Shown one piece after another: positions 18,390-26,837 of a DNA stretch of 36,983 nucleotides (position 1 is the stretch's first letter; the number at the start of each line of letters is the position of its first letter). This DNA is from an uncultured bacterium (GTDB taxonomy: Bacteria; CAIJMQ01; JAADFP01; CAZSGC01): NCBI GenBank assembly GCA_964606225.1, contig CAZSGC010000002.1:1-36983 (forward strand). The letters run 5' to 3'. The translations under genes were made by a program, and so were the position numbers. Below the pieces are notes generated by a model. That model saw nothing but the letters and a program-made list of their open reading frames with translations. It was not told the origin of the DNA and did no database searches.

Positions 18390-19517
18390 ATGAATCGTTC
18401 CAGGGCAAAAAAGGACTATTACGAAATCTTAGGAGTCAGTCGTGATGCTTCCTTAGAGGATATAAAGAAGGCATACAGAAGGCTGGCTCTAAAATACCAT
18501 CCTGACCGTAATCCAGGAGATAAGGAAGCAGAAGAAAAATTTAAAGAAATCTCGGAGGCTTATGCGGTCTTAAGCGACCCTCAGAAGAGAGCACAGTACG
18601 ATAGATTCGGCCATGCAGGAATGGAAGAGATGGGATTTAGGGGATTTACAGATTTTTCAGAAATCTTCGCTTCGGATATCTTTGCAGAATTCTCGGATAT
18701 ATTTGAGAGATTCTTCCGAGGAACAGGGGTAGGAGTAGAAGAAGAGCCTTTTGCTTATCGGGGAAGAGACCTCACTTATTCTCTCACTATTACCTTGGAA
18801 GAAGCTCTCAAAGGAACAGAAAGAACTATCTCCTTTCCCCGGCACAGTACCTGTACCTATTGTCAGGGAACAGGAATTAAACCTGGAGCAGGAATGCGTA
18901 CCTGTCCAGAGTGTAGGGGGAGAGGAGAGATTTCCTATACTCGGGGTTTCTTTTATTACTCCCAGACTTGCCCCCGATGTGGAGGAAGAGGGAAAATTAT
19001 AGGAGACCCCTGTCCTAAATGCAGAGGGCAGGGAAGGGTGAGAGAAACAGCCCGACTTACCGTAAAAATTCCTCCGGGAGTGAGTGATGGCTCCAAACTT
19101 CGCATCCGGGGAGAAGGAGAAGCAGGAGTTAGAGGGGGAAGAAAAGGAGACCTTTACATCACAGTAAGAATTTCTCCCCATCCACTATTTAAGAGAGAAG
19201 AAGATGACCTCATCTGTCATCTTCCTATACCTGTAACTACGGCTATCCTGGGAGGAGAGGTAGAAGTTCCTACTCTGGAAGGGAAGGTAAGGATGAAGAT
19301 TCCTCCCGGTACCCAGAGCGGGAGGATTTTCCGCCTACGGGGTAAAGGTATTCCACATCTTCACTCTACAGGGAGAGGAGACCAACTGGTGGTGGTAAAG
19401 GTGGAGATTCCCACCCATCTTACTGGCGAACAGAAGGAACTTATAGAAAAATTTTCTCGTCTGGAGAAAGATGCCAATTATCCCGAAATCTCCAATTTCA
19501 AAACCAAAATTCACTAA
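18390..19517 (+). CDS. dnaJ: Molecular chaperone DnaJ
   Basis: 375 aa. J domain ([16 protein letters not shown]) and four CxxCxGxG zinc motifs ([32 protein letters not shown]). Confidence 0.95.
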   Translation: MNRSRAKKDYYEILGVSRDASLEDIKKAYRRLALKYHPDRNPGDKEAEEKFKEISEAYAVLSDPQKRAQYDRFGHAGMEEMGFRGFTDFSEIFASDIFAEFSDIFERFFRGTGVGVEEEPFAYRGRDLTYSLTITLEEALKGTERTISFPRHSTCTYCQGTGIKPGAGMRTCPECRGRGEISYTRGFFYYSQTCPRCGGRGKIIGDPCPKCRGQGRVRETARLTVKIPPGVSDGSKLRIRGEGEAGVRGGRKGDLYITVRISPHPLFKREEDDLICHLPIPVTTAILGGEVEVPTLEGKVRMKIPPGTQSGRIFRLRGKGIPHLHSTGRGDQLVVVKVEIPTHLTGEQKELIEKFSRLEKDANYPEISNFKTKIH

Positions 19518-19537
19518 AAATATTATAATAAATATTT

Positions 19538-19625
19538 GGAGGGATGGCCGAGTGGACGAAGGCGGGTGACTTGAAATCACCTGTCCGACTTAGTCGGACC
19601 GGGGGTTCGAATCCCTCTCCCTCCG
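19538..19625 (+). tRNA. tRNA-Ser (anticodon TGA)
   Basis: Hand-folded cloverleaf. Acceptor GGAGGGA/TCCCTCC, anticodon stem GGTGA/TCACC with loop CTTGAAA, long variable arm (GTCCGACTTAGTCGGAC), T-loop TTCGAAT. CCA is not encoded. Confidence 0.9.
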
Positions 19626-19664
19626 CAAAATTTAATTGAAATTACTTAGAGAAAAGGGGGGAAT

Positions 19665-19973
19665 ATGAGAACTCAAGAAGGTATGAGAAGTTGGGAATTA
19701 AAAAGTCTTGGAGTAGCCTCTACTTTCAAGATAATCGGAGGAACCTTCCTTATCTTTGGACTGATAGTAGGGCTTATAGCCTCTCTTATAAGTCCGGAAT
19801 CCCTCACTCTTCCTATCATTGGAATAATACCTTCAGGAATTTTAGGAGCATTGATTTTTTCTGCCTTTTATGGATTTATAGGTGGTTTTACTTCCAGCCT
19901 TCTGGTAGCCATATATAACCTCTTTGCCCTTCTTTTTGGAGGGATTAAAATATTTTTGGAGGAAAAAAAATAA
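19665..19973 (+). CDS. Hypothetical small membrane protein (about 3 predicted TM helices, Gly-rich)
   Basis: 102 aa with a strong AAGGGGGG Shine-Dalgarno just upstream of the ATG. Hydrophobic segments are FKIIGGTFLIFGLIVGLIASLI, LPIIGIIPSGILGALIFSAFYGFIGGF and SSLLVAIYNLFALLFGG. I cannot assign a family. Confidence 0.6.
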   Translation: MRTQEGMRSWELKSLGVASTFKIIGGTFLIFGLIVGLIASLISPESLTLPIIGIIPSGILGALIFSAFYGFIGGFTSSLLVAIYNLFALLFGGIKIFLEEKK

Positions 19974-19986
19974 CTTCTTAATGAAA

Positions 19987-20061
19987 GCGCCTGTAGCTCA
20001 GTTAGGAGAGAGCGTTGGGTTGCGGACCCAAAGGTCGCAGGTTCAAGTCCTGCCAGGCGCA
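19987..20061 (+). tRNA. tRNA-Arg (anticodon GCG)
   Basis: Acceptor GCGCCTG/CAGGCGC, D stem GCTC/GAGC, anticodon stem TTGGG/CCCAA with loop TTGCGGA (anticodon at 20022-20024), T arm GCAGG-TTCAAGT-CCTGC. CCA is not encoded. Confidence 0.88.
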
Positions 20062-20063
20062 CG

Positions 20064-20152
20064 GGAGAGGTGGCTGAGTGGTCGAAAGCGCCCCGCTCGA
20101 AACGGGGATTCCGATTAACATCGGAACGGGGGTTCGAATCCCTCCCTCTCCG
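20064..20152 (+). tRNA. tRNA-Ser (anticodon CGA)
   Basis: Acceptor GGAGAGG/CCTCTCC, anticodon stem CCCCG/CGGGG with loop CTCGAAA, long variable arm (TTCCGATTAACATCGGAA), T-loop TTCGAAT. It starts 2 nt after tRNA-Arg. Confidence 0.9.
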
Positions 20153-20195
20153 CTCTTTGCTTTAAAAGAAAGAAAAGAGTAAAATACCCAAAAAA

Positions 20196-20285
20196 GGAGA
20201 GGTGGCCGAGTGGTTTAAGGCGGCGCCCTGCTAAGGCGTTGTCCGGCGTTGAGCCGGACCGTGGGTTCGAATCCCACCCTCTCCG
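20196..20285 (+). tRNA. tRNA-Ser (anticodon GCT)
   Basis: Acceptor GGAGAGG/CCTCTCC, anticodon stem GCGCC/GGCGT with loop CTGCTAA, long variable arm (GTCCGGCGTTGAGCCGGAC), T arm GTGGG-TTCGAAT-CCCAC. Confidence 0.9.
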
Positions 20286-20299
20286 CGGTAATGAATAAA

Positions 20300-20572
20300 G
20301 GTGACCGTGCTACACGGGGAGGTAGCGGTGCCCTGTACCTGCAATCCGCTATAGCAGGGTGGAATTCCCTTCTGAGGCGGATTCTTTTCAGTGCAGGACT
20401 GGATAAGGGATGTTGAAGGTCGGATCCTGTGCAACGACCAACTACGAACCCCGTCAGGTCCGGAAGGAAGCAGCGGTAAGTAGTATGGTCGTGTGCCGCA
20501 GGGAAATCTGGCTGGAGTCACCTGTCCAGAGACCGGCTGGGAAGAGGCGTCGAGGAAGGGTGCACGGTCACC
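20300..20572 (+). ncRNA. ffs: Signal recognition particle RNA, long form with Alu domain (Bacillus scRNA-like)
   Basis: Domain IV motif GTCAGGTCCGGAAGGAAGCAGC lies at about 20453-20475. The 5' segment GTGACCGTGCTACACGGGGAGGTAGCGGTGCCCTGTACCTGCAATCCGC closely resembles the B. subtilis scRNA Alu domain as I recall it. Terminal helix GGTGACCGTGC (20300-20310) pairs perfectly with GCACGGTCACC (20562-20572). It lies directly upstream of dnaX, as in Bacillus. Confidence 0.85.
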
Positions 20573-20589
20573 AGTTTTGAAGTTTGGTC

Positions 20590-22041
20590 ATGAGTTATCT
20601 GGTTCTTTCCCGAAAATGGCGACCTCAGTTCTTTAGAGATATTGTAGGACAGGAGCATATCATCACCACCCTTCAGAATGCTATCCGGAAAGGAAGAATC
20701 TCTCATGCTTATCTCTTTACTGGACCCCGCGGAATTGGGAAAACTACCACTGCTCGAATCTTGGCTAAGGCTCTTAACTGCGAGAAGGGGCTTCAACCTG
20801 AACCGTGTAATGAATGTAAAAATTGCCGAGAAATCACGGAAGGAAGGAGCATGGATGTTTTGGAGATTGATGGTGCATCTAATCGGGGTATTGATGAGAT
20901 AAGAAATTTGAAAGAGAATGTGAAGTTCACTCCCTCTTCCTCTCCCTATAAAATCTATATCATAGATGAAGTGCATATGCTTACCCAAGAAGCCTTCAAT
21001 GCTCTCTTAAAAACCTTAGAAGAACCACCCCCTCACATAAGATTCATCTTCGCCACTACTGCTCCTCATCGGGTACCTTTGACTATTCTTTCTCGCTGTC
21101 AGCGTTTTGATTTTCATAGAATTCCTGTTCCTCTAATAGTTAAAAAACTTCGTCAAATCACTGAAAGGGAAGGTATTAAGATTTCCGAGGGTGCTCTATA
21201 CTCCATTGCCCGAAATGCTGATGGTAGTCTAAGAGACGCAGAGAGTATTTTAGACCAGTTGGTATCTTTTACGGATGGGATGATTGAAGAGAGCCAGGTA
21301 GATGAATTATTAGGGAAAATAAGGGAGGAGATTTTGCTGGAGTTTTTAGAAAGACTATCTGCAGCGAAACTTGCGGAAGCCTGGCGGCTGGTGGAGGAGC
21401 AGATTAATACGGGGAAGCCCTTAGAGGAATTTTTAAATGACCTTCTGAGGGTGTTGAAGAATATTCTTTTTATAAAAAGCGGTATAAATGAACTGGTAGA
21501 TTTGGAAGAAGAAAGCAGAAAGAAAGCAGAAGAATTCTGTAGGGGATTAGAAGAATCTGCTCTTATTAAATTATTGGAAGAGATAAACCTCTTAAGAGAA
21601 AAAGTAAGAAGAAGCGACCTCCCTCTCCTTATGATGGAAGTAGGATTGGTAAAAGTTATGGAAATTCTTGAAGGTAAAAGAGAAGCAGTGGAAATAAAGA
21701 AAGAAGAGAGAGGAAAAATTGAAGAGGAGGTTTATGAAAAACTTAAGGAGGAGGCTAAGAAAATTAGCAAAACCTTGGGAACGATTCTTTCTCAGAGTAA
21801 ACTTAAAGAACTCCATAAGGATAAATTAATCATTGAACTTCCTTTCTCTAACCATTACTTTCAGAAGACTATGGAGAAAAACCAGAAAAAACTGGAAAAA
21901 TGGCTAAAGGATGAGTACAATTTATCCCTGGAACTACACTACTTAGGGAAGGAAAAGGGAAATAGAAATTATGATAAACTTATAGAGAAAGCCTTAGATC
22001 TCTTCAATGCTAAGGTGGTAAAGGGGGCAAAAAATGGTTAA
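20590..22041 (+). CDS. dnaX: DNA polymerase III subunit gamma/tau DnaX
   Basis: LSRKWRPQFFRDIVGQEHI, Walker A GPRGIGKTTTARILAKALNC, zinc module CNECKNC, Walker B IYIIDEVHML, SRCQRF. The track start is a TTG at 20584; the ATG at 20590 is preferred. Confidence 0.93.
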   Translation: MSYLVLSRKWRPQFFRDIVGQEHIITTLQNAIRKGRISHAYLFTGPRGIGKTTTARILAKALNCEKGLQPEPCNECKNCREITEGRSMDVLEIDGASNRGIDEIRNLKENVKFTPSSSPYKIYIIDEVHMLTQEAFNALLKTLEEPPPHIRFIFATTAPHRVPLTILSRCQRFDFHRIPVPLIVKKLRQITEREGIKISEGALYSIARNADGSLRDAESILDQLVSFTDGMIEESQVDELLGKIREEILLEFLERLSAAKLAEAWRLVEEQINTGKPLEEFLNDLLRVLKNILFIKSGINELVDLEEESRKKAEEFCRGLEESALIKLLEEINLLREKVRRSDLPLLMMEVGLVKVMEILEGKREAVEIKKEERGKIEEEVYEKLKEEAKKISKTLGTILSQSKLKELHKDKLIIELPFSNHYFQKTMEKNQKKLEKWLKDEYNLSLELHYLGKEKGNRNYDKLIEKALDLFNAKVVKGAKNG

Positions 22042-22351
22042 AGGGATTGGGAAAATTTTAAAGCAGGCTCAAAAAATTCAGGGAGAACTTAAGAAAATTC
22101 AAGAAGAGATAGCCCAAAGAACTGTAGAAGCCTCCGCAGGGGGAGGAATGGTAAAGGCAGTAGTAAATGGAAATCAGGAACTGGTATCTCTCCATATTGA
22201 GAAAGAGGTAGTGGACCCGGAAGATATAGAGATGCTGGAAAGCCTTATCATTGCTGCAGTAAATGAGGCTATGAGAAAAGCAAAAGAGATGCTATCTGAA
22301 GAGATAGGGAAGATAACCCAAGGTTTTGGTATCCCTGACTTCTTGGTATAA
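22034..22351 (+). CDS. ybaB: Nucleoid-associated protein YbaB/EbfC
   Basis: 105 aa. ILKQAQKIQGELKKIQEE, then GGGMVKAVVNGNQELVSLHI and DPEDIEMLESLIIAAVNEA. Conserved dnaX-ybaB-recR context. Confidence 0.9.
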   Translation: MVKGIGKILKQAQKIQGELKKIQEEIAQRTVEASAGGGMVKAVVNGNQELVSLHIEKEVVDPEDIEMLESLIIAAVNEAMRKAKEMLSEEIGKITQGFGIPDFLV

Positions 22352-22352
22352 G

Positions 22353-22928
22353 ATGTATCCTCCACAGTTTGAAGAATTGATTAAAGAACTGGCTCGTTTA
22401 CCTGGGTTGGGTCCTCGCAGCGGGGAGAGAATTGCTCTTTTCCTTCTTGAGAATGGAGAAGCGGAGAAACTGGCCCAGGCTATACTCAAAGTTAAAGAAA
22501 GTATTAGGCACTGCCCGAGTTGTGGGAATATAACCGATAAGGAGTTATGCCGGATTTGCTCTGACCCCAAAAGAGATTCTAAAATTCTCTGTGTAGTGGA
22601 AGAGCCTTGCCAACTGGAGGCTATTGAAAAAACCGGAGAGTTCCGAGGACGGTACTTTGTATTAAGAGGGAAAATTACTCCCTGGGAGGGTAAGGAAACC
22701 CGTTCCTTTCCTCTTAAAAAACTTATGGAAAAATTAAAGAAGGAGAAAATAGAAGAGGTAATACTGGCTGTCAATGAGGAATTCACTGCTCTTTACTTAG
22801 GCAAGTTTTTAAAACCTCTCCCTGTAAAAGTCACCCGATTAGGTAGAGGGTTGCCGGTAGGTGCCCGTATAGAATATGCAGACCAGGCTACTCTTCTTCA
22901 GGCTCTTAAAAACAGGAGTGAGGTATGA
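22353..22928 (+). CDS. recR: Recombination protein RecR
   Basis: HhH segment [17 protein letters not shown]4 zinc finger [16 protein letters not shown], Toprim segment [21 protein letters not shown]. The ATG at 22353 ([12 protein letters not shown]) directly follows the ybaB TAA. The track extension to 22326 overlaps ybaB. Confidence 0.9.
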   Translation: MYPPQFEELIKELARLPGLGPRSGERIALFLLENGEAEKLAQAILKVKESIRHCPSCGNITDKELCRICSDPKRDSKILCVVEEPCQLEAIEKTGEFRGRYFVLRGKITPWEGKETRSFPLKKLMEKLKKEKIEEVILAVNEEFTALYLGKFLKPLPVKVTRLGRGLPVGARIEYADQATLLQALKNRSEV

Positions 22929-24685
22929 AAAAGGGAGTTATTACTAAAGTTTCCGGCCCCTTGGTAATTGCTAAGGGGCTGGAAAATGCCAGAATGTATG
23001 ATGTAGTAAGGGTAAGTGAAAAGGGCCTTATTGGAGAAATCATTGAACTAAAGGGAGACTTAGCTTCCATACAGGTTTACGAAGAGACAGCAGGGATCGG
23101 CCCCGGAGAACCGGTTATCACTACGGGAGAACCTCTAAGTGTGGAACTGGGGCCAGGATTACTGGGTTCTATATTTGATGGCATACAGCGACCGCTGGAT
23201 ATTATAAGAAGCAAAGTAGGAGACTTCGTGACTCGTGGACTTTCTCTTCCTGCTTTAGATAGAAGTAAAAGGTGGCATTTTATTCCTCTGAAGGGAAAAG
23301 GAGAGGAGGTAGAGGAAGGGGATATCTTAGGAGAAGTTCCAGAGACAGAGAATATTAAACACCGCATCTTAGTTCCTCCTGGGAAAAGAGGGAGAATAAA
23401 AGAAATTAAAGAGGGAGAGTTCACTGTAGAGGAGACGGTGGCTATTCTCCAATATAAGGGGGAGGAAATTCCCATTACTATGCTCCAAAGATGGCCAGTA
23501 AGAAAACCCCGTCCCTACAGAAAAAAATTGGCTCCTAAAGAACTTCTTATAACCGGTCAGCGAGTAGTGGATACTTTCTTTCCCTTAGCCAAAGGGGGGA
23601 CTGCCTGCGTCCCAGGACCTTTCGGCTCCGGGAAAACCATACTCCAGCATCAACTGGCAAAGTGGAGTAATGCAGAAATTATCATCCATATAGGTTGTGG
23701 AGAAAGGGGCAACGAGATGGCAGCAGTACTTCTGGAGTTTCCAGAACTTACCGACCCCTATACAGGAGAGCTTCTAATAAAAAGAACTGTTCTCATTGCT
23801 AACACTTCCAACATGCCTGTAGCAGCCAGAGAGGCATCCGTTTATACAGGGGTTACCATAGGGGAGTATTTCCGGGACATGGGTTATAATGTCTCGGTAA
23901 TGGCAGATTCTACATCTCGCTGGGCAGAGGCTTTAAGGGAAATTTCTGGACGATTAGAAGAGATGCCTGGAGAGGAAGGATATCCTGCCTATCTACCTAA
24001 GAGGGTAGCGGAATTCTACGAGAGGTCGGGTCGAGTAGAGTGTCTGGGAAGTGATAAAAGAGAAGGAACTCTCTCTATAATAGGCTCGGTCTCTCCTCCG
24101 GGAGGGGACCTCTCTGACCCTGTGGTTCAGGCTACTTTAAAGGTGGTAAAAGTTTTCTGGTCTCTGGAAGACTGGCTGGCTTATCGTCGGCATTTTCCTG
24201 CCATTAACTGGCTAACCAGTTATTCTCTGTATGTGGATAATCTGGAGGAGTTCTTTAAAAGAGAGATAGGAGAAGAGTGGCTAAACTTAAGGAAAGAGGC
24301 CTTAAAAATCTTGGAAATGGAAGCAGACCTTCAAGAAATAGTAAGACTGGTGGGAGTAGAGACTCTCTCTCCCAAGGAAAGATTGATTCTGGAGACCGCT
24401 CGTTCCATAAGGGAAGATTTCCTGCACCAGAACGCCTTTGACCCTGTAGATACTTATTCCCCCCTTAAAAAACAATATTTCATGTTAAAGATTATAATGG
24501 CTCTTCATGAGGCTTGTCTTAAAGCCTTGGATTCTGGTGCTTCCTTAGAGGAGGTCCTGAATCTTCCTATTAGAGAAGAAATTTCCCGTATGAGGTTTGC
24601 TCCAGGAGAGGACATCTCTTACTTTGAAGAGTTACTTAAAAAAGTAGAAGCAAGTGTTTCCAAATTGAGGGTGAGCCATGCTTAA
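22925..24685 (+). CDS. atpA: V/A-type ATPase catalytic subunit A
   Basis: 586 aa. Walker A GPFGSGKT, then [41 protein letters not shown] and [11 protein letters not shown]. It has the A-specific insertion (about residues 110-190). The start overlaps the recR TGA (ATGA). Confidence 0.93.
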   Translation: MKKGVITKVSGPLVIAKGLENARMYDVVRVSEKGLIGEIIELKGDLASIQVYEETAGIGPGEPVITTGEPLSVELGPGLLGSIFDGIQRPLDIIRSKVGDFVTRGLSLPALDRSKRWHFIPLKGKGEEVEEGDILGEVPETENIKHRILVPPGKRGRIKEIKEGEFTVEETVAILQYKGEEIPITMLQRWPVRKPRPYRKKLAPKELLITGQRVVDTFFPLAKGGTACVPGPFGSGKTILQHQLAKWSNAEIIIHIGCGERGNEMAAVLLEFPELTDPYTGELLIKRTVLIANTSNMPVAAREASVYTGVTIGEYFRDMGYNVSVMADSTSRWAEALREISGRLEEMPGEEGYPAYLPKRVAEFYERSGRVECLGSDKREGTLSIIGSVSPPGGDLSDPVVQATLKVVKVFWSLEDWLAYRRHFPAINWLTSYSLYVDNLEEFFKREIGEEWLNLRKEALKILEMEADLQEIVRLVGVETLSPKERLILETARSIREDFLHQNAFDPVDTYSPLKKQYFMLKIIMALHEACLKALDSGASLEEVLNLPIREEISRMRFAPGEDISYFEELLKKVEASVSKLRVSHA

Positions 24686-26075
24686 AGAATATCTTACGGT
24701 AAGGGAAATATCCGGTCCCTTGGTTTTAGTAGAGGAAGTAGAGGGGGTCAAATATGATGAACTTATAGAGATTAAAGTGGCGGATGGTTCTTTAAGGAGA
24801 GGAAAAGTACTGGAAGTGGATGAGGATAAGGCTCTGGTGCAACTCTTCGAAGGACCTACTGGGGTGGATATTTATCGCACCAGAGTGAAGTTCATGGGTA
24901 AGGGAATTGAAATCGGGCTTTCCTTGGATATGTTGGGTAGAGTATTTGATGGTATGGGAAGAGTCCGTGATGGAGGCCCCCCTATTATCCCGGAGACTTA
25001 TAGAGACATAAATGGAAGTCCTATTAATCCTTATTCTCGAGATTATCCTGCGGAATTCATACAGACGGGAATATCCGCTATTGATGGATTAAATACTCTG
25101 GTGAGAGGACAGAAACTGCCTATTTTCTCCGGCTCCGGACTTCCTCACCCTCAGGTAGCAGCCCAGATAGTGAGACAGGCAAAAGTCCTGGGAAAAGAAG
25201 AAAAGTTTGCAGTAATCTTTGCAGGGATGGGTATTACTTTTGAAGAGGCGGATTTTTTCTTAAAGAGTTTTGAGAAAGGGGCAGCTATGGGAAGAACTGT
25301 GGTATTCTTAAACCTTGCCGATGACCCCTCTATTGAAAGAGTGGCTACCCCCAGGATCGCTCTCACGGTAGCCGAATATTTAGCCTTTGAAAAAGATATG
25401 CATGTACTGGTTATTCTTACAGATATGACCAATTATTGCGAGGCTTTAAGGGAAATATCTGCAGCCAGAAAAGAGGTCCCCGGAAGGAGAGGTTATCCTG
25501 GATATATGTACACGGATTTAGCCACTATCTATGAGAGAGCGGGTAAGATAAAAGGAAGAAAGGGTTCTATCACTCAGATGCCTATTCTTACCATGCCGGA
25601 AGACGACAAAACCCATCCCATACCGGACCTTACTGGATATATTACTGAAGGACAGATCATTCTTTCCCGATCTCTTCATCGTAAGGGAATCTATCCACCC
25701 ATCGATGTCCTTCCTTCCTTATCCCGATTGAAAGATAGAGGTATTGGGAAAGGGAAAACCAGAGAAGACCATGCAGACCTCTTCAATCAGTTATTTGCAG
25801 CCTATGCCCGGGGAAAAGAGGCTCAAGAACTGGCGGTAATTTTGGGACAGGAAGCGTTAAGTGAACTGGATAAGATCTATTACCGTTTTGCGGAAGTCTT
25901 TGAAGAAAAATACGTTAATCAGGGAGAATTTGAAGACCGTAGTATTGAAGATACCTTAAATCTTGGATGGGAATTACTTACCCTCCTGCCACGCACTGAG
26001 TTAAAGAGAATAAGACCGGAATTTATAAAGAAATATCTTCCGGATAAAACTAAGGAAGTCCCTCTCCCCACCTAA
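24678..26075 (+). CDS. atpB: V/A-type ATPase subunit B
   Basis: 465 aa. [44 protein letters not shown] and PSLSRL motifs. 8-nt overlap with subunit A. Confidence 0.93.
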   Translation: MLKEYLTVREISGPLVLVEEVEGVKYDELIEIKVADGSLRRGKVLEVDEDKALVQLFEGPTGVDIYRTRVKFMGKGIEIGLSLDMLGRVFDGMGRVRDGGPPIIPETYRDINGSPINPYSRDYPAEFIQTGISAIDGLNTLVRGQKLPIFSGSGLPHPQVAAQIVRQAKVLGKEEKFAVIFAGMGITFEEADFFLKSFEKGAAMGRTVVFLNLADDPSIERVATPRIALTVAEYLAFEKDMHVLVILTDMTNYCEALREISAARKEVPGRRGYPGYMYTDLATIYERAGKIKGRKGSITQMPILTMPEDDKTHPIPDLTGYITEGQIILSRSLHRKGIYPPIDVLPSLSRLKDRGIGKGKTREDHADLFNQLFAAYARGKEAQELAVILGQEALSELDKIYYRFAEVFEEKYVNQGEFEDRSIEDTLNLGWELLTLLPRTELKRIRPEFIKKYLPDKTKEVPLPT

Positions 26076-26091
26076 AAAGTAAAAAGGAAAT

Positions 26092-26781
26092 TTATTCTTT
26101 GCTTTCTTCTTTCAATTCTTCTTTAAGTCTGGACACTATTTCCTTCACTCTTAACTGTTCAGGCATAATCTTAAGAGATTCCTCCCACTCTTTAAGAGCA
26201 CCCTCTTTATCTCCCAGTTTGTAAAGGGCTACTCCCAGATTGTAATGAGTAAGGGCAGAGTTAGGGTTAAACTTAAGGGCCTCCTTATAAACCCGGATAG
26301 CATCATAGAGCCTCCCCTCTTCATAATAAAGAGTGCCTAAGTTATTGTAAGCCACATCAAAATCCGGCTTGAGTTCGATAGCCTTAAGGTAAGCCTGAAT
26401 AGCAGATTTCTTCAAATTCTTGTCCGTAAAAATATTTCCCAGGTTATTGTAGGCTTCTGCATAATCAGGATTAATCTCCAAGGCTCTCTCACAGGCTTGT
26501 TGGGCCAAGTCAAAAAGTCCTAAGTTTTCGTAAGCATGGGCTAAGTTATTATAGGCAGGGTAGAATCGCCTATCCAGACTTATGGCTTTCTTTAAATACT
26601 TAACCGCTAATTTATACTTCCCTGTTCGAGAATAAAGATACCCAATATTATTGAGAAGATACTTGTCCTTAGGATGTAATCTTAAAGCATTTTTTAAAAC
26701 CTGGAGAGCATCCAGAATTTTCCCTTCCTTCTCCAGACGGCTGGAAAGTTCTAAGAAATAATCTGTACTTCTCTTTGCCAC
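26092..26781 (-). CDS. Tetratricopeptide repeat (TPR) protein
   Basis: 229 aa, about six tandem 34-aa units with recurring AYNNLG..Y...G....A...Y.KAIEL.P patterns. GTG start with a weak ribosome-binding site. Confidence 0.8.
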   Translation of the reverse strand: MAKRSTDYFLELSSRLEKEGKILDALQVLKNALRLHPKDKYLLNNIGYLYSRTGKYKLAVKYLKKAISLDRRFYPAYNNLAHAYENLGLFDLAQQACERALEINPDYAEAYNNLGNIFTDKNLKKSAIQAYLKAIELKPDFDVAYNNLGTLYYEEGRLYDAIRVYKEALKFNPNSALTHYNLGVALYKLGDKEGALKEWEESLKIMPEQLRVKEIVSRLKEELKEESKE

Positions 26782-26837
26782 CAGGAAGTATATTTTATCA
26801 TATTTGGAAGAATTCTCGATTTCCCTTATAATAGCCT

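Noticed and set aside
18657-19181. Long antisense ORFs opposite real genes: 18657-19181 (dnaJ), 20518-20988 (dnaX), 22292-22786 (recR), 23077-23475 (atpA), 29232-29792 (acpP/fabF), 33005-33505 (yicC), 35656-36171 (gyrA), and the many 60-140-aa plus-strand ORFs across the dcw and valS regions.
   Set aside because: Their products are low-complexity and Ser/Pro/Leu/Phe-rich with no recognisable motifs. They lie opposite genes with unambiguous motifs. They are the expected by-product of purine-rich coding strands, since pyrimidine-rich antisense rarely forms stop codons.
20231-20521. ORFs overlapping the stable-RNA genes: 19868-20062 and 20231-20521 on the minus strand, 19924-20118 on the plus strand, and the 5' part of 20518-20988.
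   Set aside because: The region is fully explained by three tRNA genes and the SRP RNA, which have well-formed cloverleaves and conserved SRP motifs.
21139-21150. Possible dnaX programmed -1 frameshift site (GTT AAA AAA CTT).
   Set aside because: It is not a proper A-AAA-AAG heptamer in the right phase. It lies in the N-terminal ATPase domain (about codon 184), far upstream of where gamma/tau splitting occurs, and there is no downstream hairpin.
22326-22352. N-terminal extensions in the track ORFs of recR (22326), dnaX (20584 TTG), murE (8338) and valS (18283).
   Set aside because: The extensions overlap the upstream gene or a promoter-like element and add residues not seen in typical family N-termini. 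The internal ATG codons fit better.
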